Positions 52,840 through 64,000 of a stretch of 64,000 nucleotides of DNA are shown here, piece by piece (position 1 is the stretch's first letter; each line of letters starts with the position of its first letter). The notes under the pieces were generated by a model. The model was given only the letters and a program-made list of their open reading frames with translations. It did no database searches and was not told the DNA's origin. A program made the translations under genes and the position numbers. Source of the stretch: Eledone cirrhosa (Eukaryota); contig OZ024741.1 of the NCBI GenBank assembly GCA_964016885.1, positions 39,184,001 to 39,248,000 on the forward strand, read 5' to 3'.

Positions 52840-54413
52840 CAACAACAGCAGCAATAATAGCAATATCAACAACAACACTGTCATCATAGAGAACAATAAC
52901 AACCACAATATCAACAACAACAACAACAACCAACAACACCAGCATCAACAACAACAACCAACAACACCAGCATCAACACCAACAACAACCAGCAACAACC
53001 AACAACACCAACAACAACCAACAACAACCAACAACACCAGCATCAACACCAACAACAACAACCAACAACACCAGCATTAACGACAACAACCAACAACACC
53101 AGCATCAACAACAACAACCAACAACACCAGCATCAACACCAACAACAACAACCAACAACACCAGCATCAACACCAACAACAACCAGCAACAACCAACAAC
53201 ACCAACAACAACCAACAACAACCAACAACACCAGCATCAACACCAACAACAACCAGCAACAACAAACAACACCAGCATTAACAACAATAACCAACAACAC
53301 CAGCATCAACAACAACAACCAACAACACCAGCATCAACACCAACAACAACAACCAACAACCAACAACACCAGCATCAACAACAACAACCAACAACACCAG
53401 CATCAACACCAACAACACCAACAACAACCAACAACAACCAACAACACCAACATCAACACCAACAACAACAACCAACAACAGCAGCAACAACAACAACAAC
53501 CAACAACACCAGCATCAACAACAACAACCAACAACAACCAACAACACCAGCATCAACACCAACAACAACGACCAACAACAGCAGCAACAACAACAACCAG
53601 CAACACCAGCAACAACAACAACAACAACCAACAACACCAGCATCAACAACAACAACCAACAACAACCAACAACACCAGCATCAACACCAACAACAACAAC
53701 CAACAACAGCAGCAGCAACAACAACAACAACCAACAACAATCAACAACACCAGCATCAACAACAACAACAACCAACAACAACCAACAACACCAGCATCAA
53801 CACCAACAACAACAACCAACAACAGCAGCATCAACAACAACAACAACAACCAACAACACCAGCAACAACAACAACAACAACCAACAACAACCAACAACAC
53901 CAGCATCAACACCAACAACAACAACCAACAACAGCAGCATCAACAACAACAACAACAACCAACAACACCAGCAACAACAACAACAACAACCAACAACAAC
54001 CAACAACACCAGCATCAACACCAACAACAACAACCAACAACAGCAGCATCAACAACAACAACAACAACCAACAACACCAGCATCAACACCAACAACAACC
54101 AACAACAACCAACAACACCAGCATCAACACCAACAACAACAACCAACAACACCAGCAACAACAACAACAACAACAACCAACAACAATCAACAACAACAAT
54201 CAACAACAACAGCAGCAGCAATAATAGCAACATCAATAACAACACCGTCATCATAGACAATAATAATAACTACAATAATAACAACAACATCATCAACAAC
54301 AACAACAACAACCAACAACATCAACAACTATAACATCAACAACAACAACAACAGCATCAACAACATCAACAACACAGCATCAACAGCACCAACAACAACA
54401 ACAGCATCAACAT

Positions 54414-54478
<65 letters not shown>

Positions 54479-54512
54479 GCATCAACAACATCAACAACAA
54501 CATCATCAACAT

Positions 54513-54609
<97 letters not shown>

Positions 54610-55102
54610 CGCATCAACAACATCAACAACAACCGCATCAACAGCACCAGCAACAACAACAATATCAACTTCGACAAGAACACCAACATCAACAACAACC
54701 AACAACAATAATGACAATATCATTATCAACAATAACAATGACAGCATCAACAACAACAATAATATCGTAATTAACAACACCAACAATAAAAACACCAGTA
54801 TCAATAACAACAACAACATCAACACTAACAACAACAATAACAACATCAACAATAACAGCAATATCACTAACAACAACAACATCAACAATAACAACAACAA
54901 CATCAACACTAACAACAACAATAACAACATCAACAATACCAACAAGAGTAATAACAATATCACTAACAACAACAACATCAACACGAGTAACAACAATATC
55001 ACTAACAACAACAACATCAACACGAGTAACAACAATATCACTAACAACAACAACATCAACACGAGTAACAACAATATCACTAACAACAACATCATCAACA
55101 AT
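52840..55102. repeat. Degenerate (CAA)n-derived tandem array ~2.3 kb
   Basis: Repeated CCAACAACACCAGCATCAACA, grading into (CAA/CAT)n and a 36-bp unit at the right end. Confidence 0.9.
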
Positions 55103-55239
55103 AGTTGTGTCTACTCTAGGCCCAAGGCCACCAATATTTTGTTAAGTGGATGAGAAAGTCGATTAAATCGACTCCAGTGCATTACTGGCGCTTTATTTTA
55201 TCAACCTCTGTTACCTTGAGTTGGAAGTCCAGTAGGGAT

Positions 55240-56365
55240 AGGGATCCGCTCTCATCGGGTGTTCCATGCACCGACGCTAGAGACCGAGACACACACCACA
55301 CATCTCCTGGAAGTACTCAAACTGAACGGATACACGACATCCACCACAAACCGTGCCAGAAAGAACAGAGGACACCACACCCGAGGCACTAACACTTGCT
55401 TCCTGAAGCTCCCATACTTCAGTGACGAAACAACAGCCATCCGCAGAGCTATCAGACGAGAGGGACTAGATATCCAACTGGCCTACTCAGGTCCTTCTCT
55501 ACGTGGACAGCTAACCAAAAGACACTCCACCAGACATGACAACTGCTGCAGACTAGCCAACTTCCCCATCAACGACACAGACCTATGCCACCAGGCTTAC
55601 GTCGTATACAGACTAGAGTGTGACAAATGCAGCAACTTCTACGTAGGTAGCACCACCAGACCACTCCACATAAGAATAAAAGAACACCTCAATACTAACG
55701 CTTCCTCATTTAAGAAACACATAGTTAAATGCAAAAACACCGACAAAACCAACCATAACAGTTAGGATAGAAACTAAGGAAAGAAACCTCGGCAATCTTA
55801 GAATTAAGGAACAAAACACAACCACCAATCAATAATAGACTAGAACTCAATACCCAATTTATAACTTGATAGAGCATCTAGCCCCATATTTACACCCCCC
55901 CCCCACACACACGCTTACACCTCCACTTATTCTCTCTCACACACACACATACACACACAAAGAACAGTTCTAACACGAGATAACATCTATCCCCCACATT
56001 TACGTATAGACATATCTTCTCACACTCACACACACATACTCACATACTTACACCTTCATGCATTCTCCCACACACTTAAACAGGCATGTACACAAAAAAA
56101 ACTTTTAAAGGGAGACTACTCTTTATCCACCTAACCTAACTCTTTGACATTAGAGATAGAACAGATACTCTATACCATTTCCTGTCAGCATGACTTGGCA
56201 AGCTATTTAGAACACTGGTTTAACCGCTTTACTTCCCTCCGAAGAAGAGATATTATCTCGAAAATTAAGGACATTTAAATAAATCTAAGGTAAAAGACTA
56301 ATTGTCAACAATATCTTTTGCATTTGCATTCTTTATTCTATGTCCATACCTGCATTGTTTTGGCT
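55240..56365 (+). mobile_element. Penelope-like element 3' fragment: RT thumb, linker, GIY-YIG endonuclease and 3' pseudo-LTR region
   Basis: ORF 55259-55765: LKLNGY, LKLPYFS, VVYRLECDKCSNFYVGSTTRPLHIRIKEHL; PPINNRLE remnant near 55823; hammerhead-like CCT-CCGAAGA-aGAGAtattaTCTC-GAAA-..-AGG at 56236-56270. Confidence 0.88.
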
Positions 56366-56367
56366 TT

Positions 56368-56549
56368 GATTGGCAGTATCGGTAGAGGGTCGAACGCCAT
56401 GCTTTCCAGCATAGTTACGTCCCTTTACGATCTGAGTTCAAATCCCGCCGAGGTTGACTTTGCCTTTCATCCTTACGGGGTCGATAAAATAAAGTACCAG
56501 TAATGAACTGGGTAATTGCTGGCCTTGTGCCTAAAGTAGAAACAATTAT
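56368..56549 (+). mobile_element. Family A SINE
   Basis: Close to consensus, boxes A and B intact. Confidence 0.9.
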
Positions 56550-56590
56550 ACATATACAAACGTTTATATATATATATATATATATATACA

Positions 56591-57388
56591 TTTTTTGTTA
56601 ACCTGTTTAGCTTGCTCGTTTTTTCAGCTGCCTGGCTTGTCAATTCACAGCCATTTTTATAATGGCCCTTATAACGTATATTAATTGCTCTGGCTTCTTT
56701 CTAGTCTATTGAGCGCTTGCCGGCATATCTCGAAAATTACGTTTCGTTTTGTTTTGGCCGCCGCCGAAATACGATCTCGCTGAAATTATATTTGTATTAA
56801 TCTCCCGAGCCAAGCAATTAATTAGTTAATTCAATTAGACAATTCTATTGACTGATTAATTGCTTAAGTTTATTTAAAAACAACCCAGTCGAGAACTTAC
56901 TTCGATTTGTGCAGTTTTTGCCATTTTTTTTTTTGCAATTCCTTTACACATTTTGAATGCACCCGCCAAAAACAGGGGTTACCTCCCTTGCGGTGTAACC
57001 ACGTGAGGTAGTGACTTCACTAATGCTTCATTTGAACCTGGTAGGCGGTTGAGAGCAAAAACCTGTTGACAAAGTGTCTACCTTGTTCGATCATTATACC
57101 AAAAGCTTACAACGAAAGCAGACAGTATACTTGATTTATGAGTCACAGAAACCTCGCACTGGATTTTACCACCAAGGTCCAGGAAGGTCAGAGGTAAATT
57201 TTTTGTTAACCTGTTTGCTTGCTCGTTTTTTCGGCTGCCTGGCTTGTCACTTCACAGCCATTTTTATAATGTGCCTGGCCCTTATAACGTATGTTAATTG
57301 TTCTGGCTTCTTCCTAGTCCATTGAGCGCTTGCCGGCATATCTCGAAAATTGCTTTGTTTTGGCCGCCGCCGAAATACGATCTCACTG

Positions 57389-57395
<7 letters not shown>
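56591..57395. mobile_element. Non-coding cassette with ~195-bp direct terminal repeats between (TA)n tracts
   Basis: 56591-56790 matches 57198-57395; a related segment lies at 31840-31958. Confidence 0.75.
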
Positions 57396-57454
<59 letters not shown>

Positions 57455-57467
57455 TGTATATATATAC

Positions 57468-57670
57468 AGGAAAAGAGTCAGGACCCCAACGGCTGAGCTC
57501 CGGCCGTTTTGACAGCTAAATCCTAACTGAGTTAGGATCTAGCTGTCGAAACGGTCGGAGCTCACCCGTCGGGGTCCTGACTCTTTTCCTATTACCTACT
57601 CTACTACCCTAAGTATCGAGTACTATGGTGCGTTATGGTCCACCTGGTTTCTTGCCACACTTTCTTTGTT
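57468..57670 (+). mobile_element. Fold-back pseudo-LTR-like fragment
   Basis: Arms 57468-57527 / 57531-57590 around loop TGA; contains TC-GAAACGGTC-GGAGCTC, like the 3' half of a minimal hammerhead. Confidence 0.75.
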
Positions 57671-58031
57671 ATATATATGATTTACGTAAGTTACCATTAA
57701 CAAATTTACTTAAGGGAGATTTAAAAGTTTAACAACACAAATTAATACGTTAAAAAAAATAAACATCCGAAAATAATACTTTTAATTTTCCGGTGGTATA
57801 GATAACGTCAAATATGTTTTAGTCTTATCTTATCTCATCATCGAAATAGTGATGAAAATATCAAGTATGAGAGTACATTTATACCCGATCGGGGGCTCGA
57901 AACCCTGACATTATGATCGTGCGTCGAACAACATATCTACAATGTCACGTGTTTCACTTTCGAGGGCATATCCCACTCCAAAATAAAAATATATATATAT
58001 AGTGTTTGTCTGGATTTGTAAAAAATAAAAT

Positions 58032-58190
58032 AACTGTTTCTACTTTTGGCACAAGGCCAGCAATTCACCAGTACATGACTGGTACTTTATTTTATCGACC
58101 CCGTAAGGATGAACGACAAAGTTAACCTCGACGGGATTTGAGCTCAGAATGGAAAGGGCCGTAACTCTATGCGTCAAAGCTTAGCGTCCG
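58032..58190 (-). mobile_element. Family A SINE
   Basis: Family motifs. Confidence 0.85.
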
Positions 58191-58207
58191 TAAAATAATG
58201 AAGTTAA

Positions 58208-58448
58208 AAAGATTTTATGGACAAAACCAACTGGCTGGAGACCCATGTTTTGACCCTGAGCAAGATGGTTGAATAACATCCATGAATTCGCCTGGTTTCA
58301 CTTGGGCGTCCAGTCGGATCACTTGGAAACGGTTGCTTTTGACAGGCCTCACTGGAAGGAGTGTTTCAGGACTCTAATTCCACGACCCTCTCAAGAATAC
58401 ATAGGCGAAGAAGAAGAAGAAGAAGAAGAAGAAGAAGAAGAAGAAGAA
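58208..58448 (+). mobile_element. RTE LINE 3' end with (GAA)n tail
   Basis: Homologous to 26450-26570 (AAAACCAAC.GGCTGGAGACC..CTTGGG.ATCCAG.CGGATCA.TTGGAAA); ends CCACGACCCTCTCAAGAA..(GAA)n. Confidence 0.8.
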
Positions 58449-59637
58449 AGTTTTAATACATTTTTGTATCATGGAGATAAAGTTATTTCACGATAAAAGA
58501 CTGACCTTTCGTCTTAAGAACATAAATTCTTTAACACATTTTTCTCTTTAATGACAAATCAGTCTCGATTCCTCAGGTTCCCACAACATACGGACTTCTC
58601 CAAACTCATCTTTTTTGTCGAAAATTAACCGAATCGATGATTTTCCTACAAGTTTCTTATTCTTCTGGTGTCAACAAAACAATTATCAATAATTTCCAAA
58701 CTCAACTCAATCGAGTAAACCTTCTACATTATTAGTGTAAGTGACTTTGTGTCCGCTGAAAAACTGAAATAAAAGCAGATAACACACATTAAATTATCAA
58801 ATAAACACCGAAAGGTTTGTACGTCTTCCCTTATGATGTTATTTGATGTTGAACTTTTAGACACAACTCTCAAAGAACATGGAAAGGAGAAAGGTTTTAG
58901 TGTGATTTGGTTAGAAACTCATAAAAGCGATTAAGAACTGAATCTGCTCTGCAAAGAAATATAAAACTTTAGTAGTTTAACCCTGTCGACGTAAGACGAC
59001 ATATTAAATGACTATGAGATGCTGCGAGACTCTGGAATGAGAGAATACATCCGAAGTTACTAACCAGAAGCCTATAAAAATATTGTGAATGTTTGACCAG
59101 CTCTTCAATCATAAATATGTCATAATATTTACTGAAAAAGAAAATGGAAATTACTTCTATTAATTGAGATGTTTAGAATTATCTTTCTACGTCCGATTTT
59201 CCGTGCTTGCATGGACTGGAAAAAGACTAAAGCTTATTTCTCTTTCATTGGCGTTAAACGTTAACGTAGAACAATTCTCCTCACTGGCACTACAGATCAC
59301 ACGACAGAACTAAAACAATATGAAATGACACAGCACATCACTCGGTTTAGCAATCGAACCCATGAATAATTTACACTTTTATGAAATAAATTCTTTTAAA
59401 AATAAACAAACCAACAAAATGAAAATGCTTGCTATAAACAATAGCCAGTTGTATGTATCTTATCTTTGAGAAAAAAAAGCTTTGTTTTACATTGCTAGTT
59501 CATTCAGCTGAAATACATGAATATTAACAGTAAAAGTATTAACTCTCCGATAAACTGGCGTTAAACGCAAATATAACCAGAAGAAGTTCACGCCTGGCAA
59601 GCTTCTGAGTTTTAAATTTTATATTATCTGGAATGCC

Positions 59638-59843
59638 GTATCGGTAGAGAGTCGGACACCATGCTTTGCAGCATAGGGTTACGGCCCTTTAGAGTCTGAG
59701 TTCAAATCACGCCGAGGTTAACTTTGCCTTTCATCCTTACGGGGTCGAGAAAATAAAGTACCAGTAATACACTGGGGTCGATTTAATCTTTCCCCTCCCC
59801 ACCTTCAAATTACTGGCGTTGTGCCTAAAGTAGAAATCATATT
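59638..59843 (+). mobile_element. Family A SINE, long variant, with 17-bp TSD
   Basis: ATATTATCTGGAATGCC at 59621-59637 and 59839-59855. Confidence 0.9.
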
Positions 59844-61021
59844 ATCTGGAATGCCCTTTCCATTTTCAGTGTGGAAGGATGTGATTTGAAGAAGGTTTTA
59901 CTGGTATTCCTAGCAGGATGAGGGATCCTGAAGAGGTTACAATTAAGTTCTTGCAGCTATTTGAAGCCAGGTAGTATATCTCTTGTTATAGCTACCTCTA
60001 ATCTTCATGATTTGCTCCCCATTTCTTCAATGGCAGTCATGAGCTTCCGCTTTCAATACCACCGAATGGCATGTGGGCAACTTTATCATCGCTTCAAATA
60101 GACCCACGACTTATTAGTGAAGTAGGTACACAGAAACTCTGCTGAAACCTACCGAAGGATTATCCTTGTAATTCAAATGTTTAGTTGTGTTACATATAGT
60201 GTCATACTGATTTGGTTTGAGAAAAAACTTTAAGTGTACACGTGTCTGTGGAATACTCAAGCACTTACAAGTCCATTCACGATCAACTGTACATCGACGG
60301 TTAAAACCAATGGAGGGTCCGTCATCCCATCACTGACATGGTTCCAACAATGAATGGATATTGTTATTTAGCCACAACTAAGCAATCGTCACTGAGAAGT
60401 TCAAATAGTTACATTCGTGAAATTTTCGATGTTTTCCAGACACTCTATATTGAACTACATTATTCCATATGCCCTTCATTTCTCTAAAGCAGGATGAGTG
60501 TAGGCGATATGGTCTCTGTTATTCGTTTTGATCCATGACAAAAGGTATTTCAGCGTGACATTTCCATTTATTCAATTCAGACATAGTGTGTCTAAGAGTA
60601 CCTTATTCAAAACATACATACTTTAAAGATAGATTATGGGCTAAGGGAAGGCTACTTTTTATTTTAGGTCAAACGTCAGCGCAGAAACTATTTTGAGAGT
60701 TCTAATTTTAGCTGCTAATTCTCGCAAATCGCGCAGCGCCAGTTTGTAGCTAGTTGCTTTTCATTGGCTTCAGATAGGGCTGCTATTTCTAGCAGGTTGA
60801 GTGGCACCGCATAGAAACTCCCACATGGTCACCAGGTTTGGCTGTTATGTCTTACCGGACGACCAGTCGTAGAAACCCACCCTCCATTCGTTCGATGAAT
60901 GATTATTTCAGTCTGCTCTGCTCATATATTCCTTTATTGGTGAGCCAAAGGTCATCCAGAACGTTGCACCTATACTGTATATATACACACACACTAACAC
61001 AATATGTATATCTATGTATAC

Positions 61022-61095
<74 letters not shown>

Positions 61096-61354
61096 AAAGA
61101 ATAGAGGTGTAACACACGAGTTATGATATATTGGTAATGTATATATATATATATACAGAGAGAGAGAGAATATATATGATACATACAAATATATATATAT
61201 ACTGTTACATATTCAGGAGTGAGTCTACGTAGATGATCAAAATGTGTTCACTGATTCACCGAGACAACCGCAGCAACAATAGGTCAAACCTGCTGGACTC
61301 ATTATTTATTCATGGAGTTCAGTATACTGTTTTTGTTATTAATATAATATTCAT

Positions 61355-61876
61355 ATATGTATGTATGTACTTATGTATGTATGTATTTATTTATATATGT
61401 ATGTACGTACGCACTTGTGTAAGTATGTATGTATGTATGTATGCATGTATATATGTATCTATGTATGCATGTATGTATGTATGTATGCATGTACGTATGT
61501 ATGTATGTATGTATGTATGTATGTATGTATGTATGTATGTATGTATGTATGTATGTATCCATGTATGTATGTATGTATGCACGTACGTATGTATGTATGC
61601 ATGTATGTATGTATGTATGTATGTATGTATGTATGTATGTATGTATGTATGTATGCACGTACGTATGTATGTATGTATGTATGTATGTATGTATGTATGT
61701 ATGTATGTATCCATGTATGTATGTATGTATGTATGTATGTATGCATGTATGTATATATGTATATATGTATGCATGTATGTATGTATGTATGTATGTATGT
61801 ATGTATGTATGTATGTATGTATGTATGTATGTATCTATATATGTATGTACGTATGCATGTATGTATGTATGTATGT
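61355..61876. repeat. (TATG)n degenerate tract
   Basis: Direct inspection. Confidence 0.95.
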
Positions 61877-62137
61877 AGACATATACACACAGACATGGAC
61901 AACACACATACACACTCACGCACACACTTGCTTCCCCCACCACATAAATATGTTATGATTTACATAACTATATTTAAATTTCATTTCATCTGAATTATTG
62001 GCTTAAATATAGTCCATGTATATTTTATTTATGAGAATGGTTATATTGTATATATAAGTAATATTATGTGTCTGCGAGTGTGTGTATGTTAGTTGTTAAA
62101 ATCCATATATAAATAAATAATTCGCCCTTCTCCCACT

Positions 62138-62348
<211 letters not shown>

Positions 62349-62428
62349 TTAAACAGAAGTAACAACACAATCGGTACAGTATATGGAAGGAATATATTAG
62401 TATAACGCTTGAATTAGCAGGAAGGGGG

Positions 62429-62464
62429 TCTTAACGTTTCGGATGCTAGTCCTTCATCAGAAGA
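62429..62464 (-). ncRNA. Minimal type I hammerhead ribozyme
   Basis: Minus strand TCTT-CTGATGA-AGGACTAGCATCC-GAAA-CG-TT-AAGA; palindromic AACGTT stem III; the cassette ends about 85 nt downstream in (TA)n. Confidence 0.78.
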
Positions 62465-62701
62465 AAGAATGAGAAATTAGAAAGATTGAAGGGACGGGTG
62501 GGGCGGAATCGGAAAAAAATGTTTTTAGAGAAAAATAACAGGTCTATTCATGTTGATATCTCTTGGAAAACTGTTGATGCTGGCGTTTTGTGTATGATGT
62601 ACCTTTTTTAGAAAAGGTGATGATGGAGCGCCTCTGCCTGAAATGGCAAAAAAAAACGTTTTGTATATAGAGCTATACGTGCGCGCGTGCGTATGCGCGC
62701 G

Positions 62702-62775
<74 letters not shown>

Positions 62776-63129
62776 TGTGTGTTATTATACGTGCGTACGA
62801 AGCTAAGGGTGTATGTGTGTGTATATGTATCTAGAAAGGTGTGTGTGTGTGCTTGTAAGTACGAAGCTGTGAGCAAACGTATGTTAATAAAAGCTTGTTT
62901 GTGTGTGTGTGTAATATTCGTATGTGTATGTAAGCGTGTGTATCACTAATAGCATATCATGTCATCGTCGTGACATACAGAATGTCTCGGACATTTAAAA
63001 AACATGGCTGAGTAGTTAAGGTGTTCGCTTTCCATCAGTTGCTTTTGGCTACAATCGTGCCCAATCCGGCTTCGTGGTACCTATTCCTTGAAAAGAGGAG
63101 TGTCTTAGTTTTCGCAGAACTTATCTTTA

Positions 63130-63570
63130 TTCCTGCCGCGCAGCACTCGGCAGCAAACCTATCAAGTGCATGTCGTAGATCCTCTTCTTACAAATAAAGT
63201 AGTATCATGTTATCCGCATGCTTATATATACTGCAATAGTGGGTAAGTGCAATCATGCTTTAACCGTTTGCGTGAGGTGGAGGCAATGTGAGGTGGAGTT
63301 TGTCATGGATGGATCTGTCTGGAATGGCGCATGTCTGCGCCTCTCCCACCAGATCATGCGCCAATCTCATTGCTAATACCTTGGCCAAAATTTTGAACTC
63401 TCCGTTTAACAGAGTTATGGGCCTGAAGTTGTCTATAACGTCCCTCTTGATCGGGTCTTTTCTCAGCAGCACCATCGCTCTCCGGCTCACAAAGCTGGGA
63501 ATGCTCCTGTCCTGGTGCCAATTGCAGTAGACGTCTTCCAAGAGGTTGCCGAACAAGTCTGACATCTAGA
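63130..63570 (-). mobile_element. L1/Tx1-like LINE RT fragment
   Basis: VLLRKDP..IDNFRPITLLNGEFKILAKVLAMRL..LVGEAQTCAIPDRSIHDKL, N-terminal RT motifs of L1-group ORF2. Confidence 0.85.
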
Positions 63571-64000
63571 ATTACAATGTATGATTCTCTGTGTTATTTC
63601 AATGCAATTTCATTGGGTCTCTTGGGTTGTGTCCTTCTGTTACATTTACTATATTCAGTTTTAATTAGTGATGACAGCGACTGGACATTGATATGTTGTT
63701 ATATACAAGCGTTTCTGTTTGAGGTGGACGATCACCCGCTGAGGAAGTACTTGAGCGTCTAGTTGTATAATCTCTGCAGGTATAACTAAACTATTGCGTA
63801 AGGTTGCAGTTGTAACAGTTATAATTAGACTCTAGTATAGCAACTATCGATAGTCCAGGTTTATATGATATACACATATCATTATCCATGCGCTGGTGGT
63901 TTTTAATAATAACGAGCTGTGTGCACTCTGAGTTATACGTTTATTTACTTGCAATATAATTGAGTCAGTAAGGAACGGCCGAGACTGCATGGATACATAC

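Noticed and set aside
56368-56460. tRNA genes in SINE heads
   Set aside because: Box A/B spacing is too long, there is no cloverleaf, and the heads are always joined to the SINE body.

Overview
AT-rich, repeat-saturated eukaryotic DNA with one 200-nt assembly gap (13555-13754). The repeat families look cephalopod/Octopus-like, which is an inference. No host protein-coding gene can be supported; nearly all ORF-track entries are translations of microsatellites. The real coding remnants are all transposon-derived: a near-full-length frameshifted R4/Dong-like RLE retrotransposon (about 1330-4975, minus strand) ending in (CATA)n, a second RLE 3' fragment, two different Penelope-like GIY-YIG fragments, RTE-clade and L1/Tx1-like RT fragments. 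Non-coding repeats include many tRNA-derived SINEs (several with target-site duplications), internally deleted RTE derivatives, mariner MITEs, tandem non-autonomous Helitrons, a 5S rRNA-derived head and a 5.5-kb 34-bp satellite. The most striking signal is a set of short, unrelated, non-coding cassettes in or next to (TA)n tracts that carry type I hammerhead ribozyme folds. Five fold completely (8045-8128, 8451-8503, 17085-17124, 18089-18170, 62429-62464) and several more are degenerate. They show direct and inverted terminal repeats typical of Penelope pseudo-LTRs/retrozymes and are stacked densely at 16.0-19.2 kb. All alignments and folds were read by eye, so boundaries are approximate.
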